Positions 11,153-22,823 of a stretch of DNA of 64,000 bases are shown here, one piece after another. The stretch comes from Eledone cirrhosa. Lineage: Eukaryota. The stretch is from positions 28,892,001 to 28,956,000 of the forward strand of contig OZ024740.1 in the NCBI GenBank assembly GCA_964016885.1, given 5' to 3'. The number at the start of each line of letters is the position of its first letter. Positions within the stretch are counted from its first letter, which is position 1. The notes below the pieces were generated by a model. The model did no database searches. It saw nothing but the letters and a program-made list of their open reading frames with translations, and was not told the DNA's origin. The position numbers and the translations under genes are program-made.

Positions 11153-13220
11153 TGTTTCTTTATTAGCCACAAGGGCACAAAAGAAGGGGACAAATACAAA
11201 TGGGGGAGTTTACATACAGGTATATGAAAATAAAACTATTAATAAAATAACAAATAACAATTGAAATCCCCAATAGGGGGGAGGCCTTACACAGGGGTTG
11301 TACACACCCCGAAAAAATGTACAACCCTCATCTCCAGGAGCACCAAGAGTGAGTACTCCCATCCTTTCTTCCTCTTTTTCCTCAACCTACAGGCTTATAG
11401 CGAGAGAGGGCCCAACCACTCGGGCCATCTTTGCCACATTCACCCACCTTTTATAAAACTTGCTGGGGTACAGCACCGCTCTCTCCATCCTGATTCTTCT
11501 TCCAAAATGATATTTGAAAAAACGAATCAGTTGTTCGCCGGAGAGAAAGATGTCTGACCTCAGCCCTTTTAACCTCGTCCACCATATAACCTCTTACACC
11601 ATAGCCATAACATAGGAAAACCGCCTCTCCTTCGCTTTTGAAGGAGGGAGGCGGTTTGATCATGACAATGGACTCGGTGGTCAACTGGATTGGTCCCACC
11701 CGCGACAAAAGTCGTTCTACATAGCCGCACAAGTCGGTAACGCCCGGGCAATGTACAAATGCGTGCGCGACGGTTTCCTCGTCGCGCACACATCTCGGAC
11801 AGATCTTTTTCGAAGGGTCCCTGCCCGGGCGCCCGTGTCTGTAGAGCTTGTCTCGAACTGGTATAGCTCCTCGGTAGCACTGTCAGGCCAGGGAGATTTG
11901 GAAGTTGTCCATTGGTCCCGGGCGGAAGGTCCTACCGAACAGACTGGCCAGTTCGTCCTCCTCTACGCCTAGAGTTTCTTCGAGCGTGTCGTCGCACTTG
12001 CTGCGGACCAACACTCTATAGAATGTCGAAGTGGAGTCTCCACTGATCGCCGGGTCCGTTTGCCAGAGGACTGCAACAGCTCCAATTTCCGCAGTAGTGG
12101 CTTTAGAGTCAATACATACAGAATGGAGGAGAGAGGTCACCCCTGTCGAATGGAACACGTGATTGCGAACGGCTCCGATAGGTAGCCGTTCACCTTGACC
12201 ATCGAGCAAATGATGGTGTGCATCGCCTCGATCCAGCCTCTGAAAACGGGACCGAAACCGGCCGCCTTGAGAACCGCTTCCAAGTATCGATGGTCGACCC
12301 TATCGAATGCCTTAGACTGATCCAAATTGATCAGAGCCCCACCGAAGCCGGGTTTACTACCCACCCTCTCTATGATGTATCGCATGCGGTGGAGGTTGTC
12401 GTGTATGGACCTGGTCGGGATTGCACACGTTTGCGCTTTCCCTACCAGGTTCTCGACGACAAGCGCCAACCTCGTCGCTAGCACCTTGGCCAAAATCTGT
12501 AACTCTGTGTTGGGAATTCTCCTGTTCTGCTGCCAATTGCAGTAGACGGCTTTGAGGACGCCAGAGAATAAGTCCGCCATGCCTATGTAAAACTCATAGT
12601 GTAGACCATCTAAACCGGGTGATTTGCGTTTCCCGCAGCGGCCCAGGGCGTCCCGTATCTCAGTGTCCGTGATCGGTCTTTCGCAGAACTCGGCGTCCGT
12701 GTCGAGAGACGCGGCAGGCCGTTGAATTATGAACTAAAGTCCATTGCCCCGTTCGGCTCACCGTCGTTCTGCTCAAACAGTCGCGCAATGTGATGTTAAA
12801 AGGCCTCGCACATTTGCTTGGGGTCAAGTAGCACGCATCCGTTTTGGTCTTTCAAAGACCAAATCGTGGACTTGTTGCCACTTTTCGCGTCCGCCACTCG
12901 GGCCCAGCTGACAGCTTTCGCTCCTTCGTTTACTAGAGCACGTGTTTTGCTTCTGACCACGCAACCTTCGTGTTTCGCATCGAAGAACTGGTCCAGTGCC
13001 GTTCTCGACGCTAACACTCTAGCCGCGTTGCCACTTCTAAGTGCCTCCTATACCCTGGCTACTAGTTCCCCTAAAGGGGCGAAAAATTGGATTACCACCC
13101 AGCTGACAATTCAGCTTGGGGGTTAATCTACAAAATAATATGGTTTTTCAAACAATTTGTTCTGTTTTTCGTATATAAATTTACAAAAAATCTTACCCAC
13201 GATGTTCCACGCGTCAGGCA
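11153..13220 (-). mobile_element. Tx1-like LINE copy C, internally deleted (5' UTR fused to mid-ORF2; RT core partly lost)
   Basis: ORF pieces 12796-13017, 12137-12580 (LDQSKAFDRVDH...IRQG), 11883-12070 and 11451-11789 match ORF2 of copy A; 13060-13130 matches the 5' UTR of copy B. Confidence 0.9.
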
Positions 13221-13450
13221 GATAGATAGATATATTTCTTTATTTACCATAAAGGCATAAAAAGAAGGGACAAATACAAAGGGGGAGTTTACATAAAATC
13301 GAGTAAAAAGGGTATAAAATGAAAATAATCGAAAACAACATCAAAAGGGAGGGGACGTGATGGGGGTTGCACACACTCCCGAAAAAGTGTGCAATCCTTT
13401 GCCCGGGGAGCACATGGAGAAGGTGCTCCCCCTCCCCTTCACTTCTTTAC

Positions 13451-16400
13451 CTACAGGATGGTATACAGAGAAGGGCCATTTACACGAGCCATTCTTGCCA
13501 CTATCACCCACCTTTCATAAAACTGCCTGTGGCCAAGCACCTCTCTCTCCATTCTTATCCTTCTTCCGAAGTGATATCGGAAGAAGTAGACCAGACTATG
13601 GCCAGAGAGGAAGTTGCCTGACCTCAGACCTTTCAATCGTGTCCACCAAACAACCTCTTTCAACATGGCTATTACGCACAGAAAAACCGCCTTTGCTTCC
13701 TTTGTGAAGAGGGGAGGCGGCTTGATTGTCATCACGGACTCGGCGGTCAATCGAATCGGCGCCACCCGCGACAGCAGTCGTTCGGCGTAGCCCCACAGAT
13801 CAGCCACGCCCGGACATTGCACCAATGCGTGCGCAACGGTTTCTTCGTGACGCACGCATCTAGGGCAAATCTTTTTCGAGTGATCCCTGCCCGGGCACCC
13901 ATGTCTGTAGAGCCTCTCTCGAACGGGTAGAGCCCCGGTAGCACTGCCAGTATAGTGACTTCTGGAAGTTGTCCATTGGTCCCGGGCCGAAAGTCCTACC
14001 GAACAGGTTGGCCAGTTCGTCCTCTTCCATGTCTAGCGACTCTCCAAGGGTGTCATCGCCCCTGCTAGCCACCAGCCCTCTATAGAATGATGAGGTGGTT
14101 TCTCCACCGATGGCCTGGCTCGCTTGCCAGAGAGCCCTGAGCGCCTGGGCACACTCAGTGTGCCAGTCTCCCAGTTTTCCGGATCTTTGCTTGACCCAGG
14201 ACTGCAGCTCGGTGAGCGAGACGAGTCTCGGAATGGCTTGTTTCACGAACGGAGCCCACACCGGTTGACCAGTGAGGAATACCTGTAGGTGCCGTAGCCT
14301 TAATGCGTGCCTACGCATCATCAACCACGGCATCCCCAGCCCTTCTTTCGAAGGTTGTTGGCAGCAGATGGATCTTCTCACCATAGGAGGGCGCTTCTTC
14401 CAAACAAATTGGAAGAGCATTCGTTCCATGGTGGTGAGTGTTTCCTTAGGGCAAGGCACGACAGTCAGGCGGTAGTAAGTGACGGACGCTATGTAAATGT
14501 TCGCCACCTCCGACCGACCTTTTAGGGACAGCTTACACTTGGCCCATTTCTGGGTTAGTGCAAACACCTTGTTCGTAACCTCGTCCCAGTTCTTTTCCAC
14601 CTGGAGGTCCGGTCCAAACCAGACCCCAAGCAACTTCACCGGGCCCTCCGTCCAGTGTCCGACGACACCGTCGGGAGGCATCGGTCTGCCTCTCCACGTT
14701 CCGAGTTGCAGCCCGATGGATTTTTCCCGGTTCAGTTTCGCTCCTGACAACCTTTCGTAATCCTCCAGTAAGGTACCGATCGCCTCGATCTCCGAGTCGG
14801 TCGATACCATTACTGTTACGTCATCGGCGTAGGCCGACACCGCTTTGCTCAATCCTGGTTCCAGGGGGATACCCTGCAACAACTCCAACTTCCTCAGTAA
14901 AGGCTCGAGAGTCAATACGTACAGAAGGGAGGAGAGAGGGCACCCATGTCGAATGGATCGTGTGATTTCGAACGGCTTCGAAAGGTAGCCGTTCACCTTG
15001 ATCCTAGAACAGATGTGGTTGCTATGTAAGGCAGTGATCCATCCTCTGAAAACAGGACCGAACCCAGCCGCCGCTAGCACCGCATCCAGGTAACCATGGT
15101 CGACCCTATCGAACGCCTTAGACTGATCCAAGTTGATCAGGGCCCCACCGAAGCCGGGTTTGTTGCCAACCCTCTCTATGATGTATCGCATGAGGTGAAG
15201 GTTATCGTGAATGGACCTGGATGGGATAGCACATGTCTGCGCATCTCCCACCAGGCCACCCACGACAAGCGCCAACCTCTTTGCTAACACCTTGGCCAAA
15301 ACTTTAACTCTGTGTTTAGCAGGGTTATGGGCCGAAAATGATTTATACTATCCCCCTTGTTCTCGTCCTTCCTCACCAGCGAGACTACGCCCTTGGCTAC
15401 AGAACAAGGAATTCTCCCGTTCTGCTGCCAATTGCAGTAGACCGCTTCGAGGAGTTCGGAGAAGAAGACCAGCATTGCTAAATAAAGTTCGTAAGGTATA
15501 CCATCGAGACCTGGAGATTTGCGTCTGCTGCATTGGCTCAGCGCATCCCCGATCTCATCAGCCGAGATTGGTCCCTCGAAGGACTCCGTCTCTTCGCTCG
15601 AGAGACGCGGCAGGCCGTCGAGGTATGGACCGAAATCCACGTCCCCGCCCGGACCCTCCTCTCCCCCGAATAATCGGGCAAAGTGCCTTTGAAAGGCCTC
15701 GCACATCTGCTTAGGCTCCCGGATCACCCGTCCATCCTCGTCTTGCAAAGACCTGATGGTGGATCGATTTCCACTCTTAGCTTCTGTCACGCGTGCCCAG
15801 CCAACGGCTTTGGCCCCCTCATTACCTAGAGCACGTATTTTATTTCGAATGACGCAGCCTTCGTGCTTTGCATCGAAAAACTGGTTCAAGGCCGTCCTCG
15901 ATGCCAGCACTCTGGCCACATCTTCGCTCTTGATTGCCTCTTCTAATTTACCTGTTAATTCTTTCTCGTTTCTATTCCTATCGGCAGCTAACATCTTGCT
16001 ATAACTTATTGATTCTGTTCTAATCTCTCTTTTGAGAGATGCCCACCATCGGTTGCTGACGATTGCACCCGTTAACCTCTCCTTAACTAATCTGCTAATC
16101 CGGTTTCTGTAAGGCTCTTTTGCCGGTAAAGACAAATTAAGTTTCCAGTAACCGGGACCCTGTTTATGTGTTTTCTCGAGATTGACTACGCAGGTCACTA
16201 ATTTGTGATCCGTATAACCAACCGTGAGCATTTCTGGACAGCTTAATATGTCCCTATCCTTACTTCTAACTAAGAATCTATCTAAGTACGATCTAGATTG
16301 ACCACTGCGGTTCGTCCAAGTCCAGGTTGGCACAGTTGGAAAATCTAGTCGATATCTATCGACCAAGTTAAAACGGTCGAGTAACCCCTTGAGGCTATTA

Positions 16401-16842
16401 CACCTCCCTCTATTAGGACATGCTCCTGCATAGTCCCAACGTGCATCTAGGATGTCATTCCAATCCCCCGTTAGAAGCAGGGAACGCGACGTTCCCAGAA
16501 AAGTCTCCAAACGCTGGAAGAAGTCGGGCCGTTCAGCTCCGGAAGGGGAGTAGACGGCGACCAGTCTCAAGGCCGCACCTTCACTACTGCCAACGTCTAG
16601 CACCAACAAACGACCCTCTGGGTCCGAGTGAACAACCTGTACGGCGAGACCCAGGTGTTTTTCCAGCAGTACGACAACCCCACCCCCACCTCCAGGTTGA
16701 CAGAGAGATGCATGCACCTTAGAGTCTCACAGATAACCATTACATTTATACCACGTGACCTGAGGTCATTTAGAAACTTTGCTTGCTTCCAAGTTGAGCT
16801 CAGGCCACGTGCATTCAAACATCCTACTCTTAACACATCCAT
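13451..16842 (-). pseudogene. Tx1 ORF2 (APE endonuclease-RT-CCHC), disrupted
   Basis: Pieces 16597-16842 (CLNARGL), 15284-16717 (GDWN, YLDR, TDH), 13860-15299 (HGCPLS, YADD) and 13451-13855; breaks near 16720, 15290 and 13900. Confidence 0.92.
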
Positions 16843-16875
16843 GTGGGCGGCAAAGCCAAAGGAGAGTGTAAAGAC

Positions 16876-18435
16876 CTACCTTTCTGCTTCCCGGGGTTCG
16901 GGTCGCACGACTTCCATGGGGTCGGGGGTGTTGGGTGAAGGGGTGTCTTGTGGTGGTGTGGGGTCGTCAGTGTGTGGTGGGGCTGGGGTGTTTGGAGTTG
17001 TGTTGGGGAGGGGAAGGGGAGGGGGAAAGCTTTTTAGTAGGACGCGGTTTATGGGCTTGACAGAGGGTGGTCCTACGTCCTCCTTAAAATCCTTTTTTAG
17101 TTTTTGGTAGAGGTTCATTGGGATCTTTATTAATTTTAAATGTGGGTAGTTTTCTGAAGAAACAAAGTTTACACCTTCGGTTTGTACCGAAGGATTATTG
17201 TTTATGACTTCATTTAATTTATTATTGTTTCTGTTGATGTAAGTATAGTGTAATGTCTTTTTTTGGGATGGTGTGAGTGTTTCGAAGAGGGGAGGGGCAG
17301 GTTTGGTTTTGTTTGTTGCTGGAGGGGTGTTTTGTATTTTGTTGAACTGTGTTGACATTTGGGTAGGGGTTGTTTGACCTTGTGTGTTTTGCACATGTTT
17401 TCTTTTTTTCCTTTTAATCTGTCTGAAGGACTCCGTTTCTTCCTCCGAATTCGTTGGGTTATCTTCAGTGTTGGAGGGAAGAGGTATGTTTGCTGGTAAT
17501 GTTTCCGTGTTGGTTTTCTTTGTGGGGGAGATGGATATCACTATGTTAGACTGTGTTGTGCGTTGTAGCTGCGGTAGTTGTGTTGTTTTATTGAGTGAGG
17601 GGTTGGGTGGGACTGTATTTTGTTTTTGGGTAATGTGTTGTGACTGTTTGTGTTGTGGTGGTGGTGTAGTTTTACTGAGGGACGGGTTGGGTGGGACTGA
17701 GTTTTGTTGTTTGTTTATCTGTTGTGGTGGTGGTGGAGCTGGTGTTGGTAGCAGGGTTTTCTTTTTGTTGAGTTGGGGACAAGCCGCCTTCAGGTGCCCT
17801 CTGCCTGCACAGATATGACAGGACGGCCTTCTCCCCTCCACGCTAATGTTTATATACCCGTGGCCCTCTAATTGGATTCTGTCGGGTATTTGAGCGATGC
17901 GTTCAGGCTTCATTTGCACTACAAGTTCTATACCTGTTCCACTGAACGCATTGCCTGTGGTTTTCCCAATGGAAATCACGTTGTCATTCGCTGGATCGAT
18001 GAAGCCATCTATGACCCAGCAGTAGTCCACATCTGGCATCATTGCATCCAGCCATATGCGCTGAGTTCTTTTACCCATATAAGATGGATAAAAGGTAAAA
18101 TTTGTCGAACGAATCGGTGACAAAGCACATTTTTTTGCCGCCGATTCGTTCTTCATAATAATCGCTAGGCTTCCATACACTCTGCCTCTTCTTATGAAAG
18201 TGGTTTCATTAAGTAGTTCTGTAAGTACTGCTTTGATTTCTGTTTGTGTTGGCTGTTGACGTTTTTTAGAAATGTTGTTTATGGTGCGGAAAACGACCGT
18301 CCGACTTTCAATGTCTTTGGTGAGTTCTTGAGGCATTTTTACCGATAAAATACCATTTTCCCCTTCAGTTATGTATTGTTTGGCGTCTGTAATTCTTTGT
18401 GCCACATCTGAAATATTTTCAGGTATATATGTCAA
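16876..18435 (-). CDS. Tx1 ORF1 (gag-like, CCHC zinc knuckle, Pro/Thr/Gln-rich tail)
   Basis: CHICAGRGHLKAAC = CX2CX4HX4C; homologous to ORF1 of copy A; the true start may lie further upstream. Confidence 0.88.
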   Translation of the reverse strand: MTYIPENISDVAQRITDAKQYITEGENGILSVKMPQELTKDIESRTVVFRTINNISKKRQQPTQTEIKAVLTELLNETTFIRRGRVYGSLAIIMKNESAAKKCALSPIRSTNFTFYPSYMGKRTQRIWLDAMMPDVDYCWVIDGFIDPANDNVISIGKTTGNAFSGTGIELVVQMKPERIAQIPDRIQLEGHGYINISVEGRRPSCHICAGRGHLKAACPQLNKKKTLLPTPAPPPPQQINKQQNSVPPNPSLSKTTPPPQHKQSQHITQKQNTVPPNPSLNKTTQLPQLQRTTQSNIVISISPTKKTNTETLPANIPLPSNTEDNPTNSEEETESFRQIKRKKRKHVQNTQGQTTPTQMSTQFNKIQNTPPATNKTKPAPPLFETLTPSQKKTLHYTYINRNNNKLNEVINNNPSVQTEGVNFVSSENYPHLKLIKIPMNLYQKLKKDFKEDVGPPSVKPINRVLLKSFPPPLPLPNTTPNTPAPPHTDDPTPPQDTPSPNTPDPMEVVRPEPREAER

Positions 18436-19024
18436 AGATTTCTTTTTTGTTTGTGCAAATGAAATATTATTGGTGTTGACTTTGTCGTCTGCTTTGCTTT
18501 CTGTTATAATGTTGTTTTCAAATGTTATTTTTGTGTTTGTCGTGTCTTTGTTTGTGGTATTAATATTGTCAATTTTTCAAATTTTTTTTTTCTTCCGTTG
18601 TTGGAATCAATGTCCAGATTTTTGTTTTCGTCATTTTTCTCCGCAGATTCGTCTGTTTTTCTTTTATTTTTTCTTTCCTTCTCTATGACGTTAGTTGGGA
18701 AGGAAGGGGGGGGGGGACTAAAGCGTGCGAGCTTACAACTCTTACCGCTGTCCCCCCACCACTATTTTCGTTAGCTTCGTTTAACATTTCTGTCAGACGA
18801 TTGAAATTTTTTATACCACAACATTTTTAAAAACAGGTTTTTCACCCCTGGGAGGGGCAAAGATAAGCTGACCCACCGCCTGACAGTTCAGACGGGGGGT
18901 CAAGCTACACAATAGTATCAACATTTAAATTGAACTTACAAAATTTCCGCAATAAATTTGAACAAAACTTCTGCGCGAAGTGAATTACATCTACGCTGTA
19001 GAACAGACGACAGCTAGATTCATC

Positions 19025-19100
<76 letters not shown>
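19025..19100. repeat. (GATA)n separating Tx1 copies A and B
   Basis: Seen directly, about 19 units. Confidence 0.97.
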
Positions 19101-19361
19101 TTCTTTTATTTGCCACTAGGGCATCAAAAGTGGGACAAGTACAAAGGGGGGAGTTTACACAAAAAGGCGTCCTCAATAAGGAGGAGGCAATAACAAAATA
19201 TAAAAATAAAATAAGATATAACAAAAAATAAAATTTTTAACAAAATCCTCAATAGAGAGGAGGCGCCTTGGGGGGTCGCACACACCCCCGAAAAAAGTGT
19301 GCAACCCTTCTCCTCAGGAGCACAGAGAAGGGGTGCTCCCTTGGTCTTTCATCTTCCTCAC

Positions 19362-22300
19362 CTATAGTCTGATGTAGAGTGAAGGCCCATTCACACGGGT
19401 CATTCTCGCCACTTTCACCCATCTTTCATAGAAACGGCTGGGGTGCAGCACCTCTCTCTCCATCCTGATCCTTCTTCCGAAATGATATCGGAAGAAACGG
19501 ACCAGTTGTTGGCCAGAGAGAAAGGTGCCCGACCTCAGTCCTTTCAGACGCGTCCACCATACAACCTCTTTCGCCATGGCTATTACGCACAGAAACACCG
19601 CCTCTGCTTCATCTTTGAAGGGGGGAGGCGGCTTGATCATTACAATAGACTCAGTGGTCAACCGGATCGGTCCCACCCTTGACAGCAGTTGTTCGACATA
19701 GCCCCACAGATCGGCTACGCCCGAGCAGTGTACTAATGCGTGTGCAACGGTTTCCTCGTCGCACACGCATCTGGGACAGATCTTTTTGGCGGGGTCCCTA
19801 CCCGGGCGCCCGTGTCTGTAGAGCCTTTCTCGAACGGGTAAAGCCCCTCGGTAGCACTGCCAGGCCAGGGACTTCTGGAAGTTGTCCATAGGTCCCGGGC
19901 TGAATGTCCTACCGAACAGGCTGGCCAGTTCGTCCTCCTCCATGTCTAGGGCTTCTCCGAGGTCGTCGTCGCACCTGCTGCGCACCAGCCCTCTATAGAA
20001 TGTTGCGGTGGAGTCTCCACTGATAACCGGATCCGCCTGCCAGAGGGCGGTGAGCGCCTGGGCACACTCAGTGTGCCAGGCGCCCAGTTTTCTCGGTCTT
20101 TGCTTGACCCAGGATTGCAGCTCGGTGAGTGAGACGAGTCTGGGAAAGGTTCGTCTCACAAACGAGGCCCACACCGGTTGTCCGGTGAGGAATACGTAGA
20201 GGTGCCGTAGCCTTAATGCGTGTTTACGCATCATTAGCCACGGCATCCCCAGCCCTCCTTTCGAAGGGTGTTGACAGCAGATGGATCTCCTCACCATAGG
20301 AGCCCGCCTCTTCCAAAGGAATTGGAAGAGCGCGCGCTCCATCTTGGTGAGGGTTTCCCTTGGGCAGGGCACTACGGTCAGGCGGTAGTAGATGACGGAC
20401 GCTATGTAGGTGTTCGCCACCTCCGCCTGACCTTTCAGGGATAGTTTGCAACTGGCCCACTTCTGGGTCAGTGCAAACACCCTGTTCGTAACCTCCGCCC
20501 AGTTTTTCTCCACCTGGAGGTCCGGTCCGAACCAGACCCCGAGCAACTTCACCGGGCCCTCCGTCCAGCGTCCGACGACGCTATCGGAGGGCATCGGTCT
20601 GCCCCTCCACGTGCCGAGTTGCAAACCGATCGACTTGTCCCGGTTCAGCTTAGCCCCTGTGAACTTTTCGTACTCCTCCAGTAAGGTGCCGACCGCCTCG
20701 ATTTCGGAGGCCGTCGACACCATTACTGTCACGTCATCGGCGTAGGCCGACACCGCTTTCCGCAATCCCGGTTCCAAAGGGATGCCCTGCAACAACTCCA
20801 ACTTCCGCAGTAGTGGCTCGAGAGTCAACACATACAGAAGGGAGGAGAGAGGGCACCCTTGTCGGATGGACCGCGCGATTTTGAACGGCTCCGAGAGGTA
20901 GCCGTTCACCTTGACCCTAGAGCAGATGCGGCTGCTGTGCATAGCAGTGATCCAGCCCCTGAAAACGGGTCCGAAGCCTGCCGCCGCTAGCACCGCATCC
21001 AGGTAACCATGGTCGACCCTATCGAACGCCTTAGATTGATCCAAGTTGATCAGAGCCCCACCAAAGCCGGGTTCGTTCCCAACCCTCTCTATCATGTATC
21101 GCATGAGGTGGAGGTTGTCATGGATGGACCTGGACGGGATAGCGCATGTCTGCGCATCTCCCACCAGGTTGCCCACGACAAGCGCCAACCTCTTTGCTAG
21201 CACCTTGGCCAAAATCTGTAACTCTGTATTTAGCAGTGTTATGGGCCTGAAGTTACTTATTTCGTCCCCCTTGTTCTCGTCCTTCCTCACTAGCGTGACT
21301 ACGCCCTTGGTCACAGTACAGGGAATTCTCCCGTTCTGTTGCCAGTTGCAGTAGACCGCCTCGAGGAGATCGGGGAACAAGTCCGGCATAGCTAGATATA
21401 ATTCGTAAGGAAGACCATCGAGACCCGGGGATTTGCGTTTGCCGCATTGGCTCAGCACGTCCTCTATCTCAGCGGCCGAAATCGGCTCCTCGCAGGACTT
21501 CGCCTCCCTGTCCGAGAGGCGCGGCAGGCCGTCGAGGTATGGACCGAAGTCCACGTTCCCAACCGGCTCCCCGCCCCTCCCGAACAGTCGGGCAAAGTGC
21601 CTTTGAAAGGCCTCACACATCTGCTTAGGCTCAAGAATCGCCCGTCCATCCAGGTCTTGCAAAGACCGGATGGTGGATTTAATTCCACTGTTGGCCTCTG
21701 TCACGCGGGCCCAGCTAACAGCTTTGGTCCCCTCGTTCCCTAGAGCACGTATTTTAGTTCGGACAACGCAGCCTTCGTGCTTCGCGTCGAAAAACTGGCT
21801 CAAAGCCGTTCTCGACGCTAGCACTCTGGCCACTTCGCCGCTTCTAATTGCCTCTTCTACTCTATCTATTAGCTCCCTTTCCTTCCTATTCCTATCCGCA
21901 GCTAGAACCTTACTAAATTCTATCGAGACTACTCTAATCTCTCTCTTTAGAGATACCCACCACCTGCTGTTGACGATCGCTCCAGTCAACCGTTCCTTAA
22001 CTAACGTACTAATCCGATTCCTGTAGGCTCTACTTGCCGGCAAGGACAAGTTGAGCTTCCAGTAACCGGGGCCCTGTCTATGAGTTCTGTCAAGGTTGAC
22101 CATGCAGGTCACTAATTTGTGGTCTGAATAGCCAACAATGCGCATTTTTGGACAACTTAAAAAGTCCTTATCCTTAATTCTAACTAAGAACCTATCTAGG
22201 TACGACCTAGATGATCCGCTACGATTTGCCCAAGTCCAGGTTGGCGCAGTCGGAAAATCTAGTCGATATCTATCGGCCAGGTCAAATCGACCGATTAACC

Positions 22301-22799
22301 CTTTGAGGCTATTACACCCCTCTCTATCGGGGCAGGCCCCTACGTAGTCCCAGCGTGCATCTAGGATACCATTCCAGTCCCCCACTAATAGCAAGGAGCG
22401 GGACGTCCCTAGAAAAGTCTCCAGACGATGGAAGAAGTCCGGCCGCATTGACCCGAAAGGGCCGTAGGCGGCTACCAACCTAAACGCTCCGCCTTTACCA
22501 CTGCCAAGGTCCAGAACCACTAGTCGACCCTCCGGGTCCAAATGTACCACCTGTGTTGCGAGACCCAGATGTTTTTGCAGCAGAACGACAACTCCACCCC
22601 CACCTCCGGGCTGACAGAGAGATGCGTGCATCTCAAAGTCATCAAAGGTGGGGGCCAGCTGTCGCACGTTGCTGATCCGGGCCTCGCAAATAACCATCAC
22701 ATCTATACGTTGTGACCTGAGGTCATTTAGAAGCATTGCTTGCTTCCAAGTTGAGCCCAGGCCACGCGCATTTAAACAGCCTACTCTTAGCATAGCCAT
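19362..22799 (-). CDS. Tx1/L1-clade ORF2: APE endonuclease, reverse transcriptase, C-terminal CCHC finger
   Basis: CLNARG, GDWN, YLDR, SDH (APE); GPGYWKLN; KSPGLDG, FRPITLLN, LDQSKAFDRVDH, IRQGCPLS, YADD (RT); CPRC...ETVAHALVHC; uninterrupted. Confidence 0.96.
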   Translation of the reverse strand: MAMLRVGCLNARGLGSTWKQAMLLNDLRSQRIDVMVICEARISNVRQLAPTFDDFEMHASLCQPGGGGGVVVLLQKHLGLATQVVHLDPEGRLVVLDLGSGKGGAFRLVAAYGPFGSMRPDFFHRLETFLGTSRSLLLVGDWNGILDARWDYVGACPDREGCNSLKGLIGRFDLADRYRLDFPTAPTWTWANRSGSSRSYLDRFLVRIKDKDFLSCPKMRIVGYSDHKLVTCMVNLDRTHRQGPGYWKLNLSLPASRAYRNRISTLVKERLTGAIVNSRWWVSLKREIRVVSIEFSKVLAADRNRKERELIDRVEEAIRSGEVARVLASRTALSQFFDAKHEGCVVRTKIRALGNEGTKAVSWARVTEANSGIKSTIRSLQDLDGRAILEPKQMCEAFQRHFARLFGRGGEPVGNVDFGPYLDGLPRLSDREAKSCEEPISAAEIEDVLSQCGKRKSPGLDGLPYELYLAMPDLFPDLLEAVYCNWQQNGRIPCTVTKGVVTLVRKDENKGDEISNFRPITLLNTELQILAKVLAKRLALVVGNLVGDAQTCAIPSRSIHDNLHLMRYMIERVGNEPGFGGALINLDQSKAFDRVDHGYLDAVLAAAGFGPVFRGWITAMHSSRICSRVKVNGYLSEPFKIARSIRQGCPLSSLLYVLTLEPLLRKLELLQGIPLEPGLRKAVSAYADDVTVMVSTASEIEAVGTLLEEYEKFTGAKLNRDKSIGLQLGTWRGRPMPSDSVVGRWTEGPVKLLGVWFGPDLQVEKNWAEVTNRVFALTQKWASCKLSLKGQAEVANTYIASVIYYRLTVVPCPRETLTKMERALFQFLWKRRAPMVRRSICCQHPSKGGLGMPWLMMRKHALRLRHLYVFLTGQPVWASFVRRTFPRLVSLTELQSWVKQRPRKLGAWHTECAQALTALWQADPVISGDSTATFYRGLVRSRCDDDLGEALDMEEDELASLFGRTFSPGPMDNFQKSLAWQCYRGALPVRERLYRHGRPGRDPAKKICPRCVCDEETVAHALVHCSGVADLWGYVEQLLSRVGPIRLTTESIVMIKPPPPFKDEAEAVFLCVIAMAKEVVWWTRLKGLRSGTFLSGQQLVRFFRYHFGRRIRMEREVLHPSRFYERWVKVARMTRVNGPSLYIRL

Positions 22800-22823
22800 G
22801 TTGGTGGTGAAGAGAAAAGGCAC

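Larger units (their letters stand above)
13233..19020 (-). mobile_element. Tx1-like LINE copy B, apparently full length, ORF2 frameshifted
   Basis: 5' UTR, ORF1, split ORF2 and 3' UTR with AATAAA; flanked by GATA repeats at 13221-13232 and 19025-19100. Confidence 0.93.
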
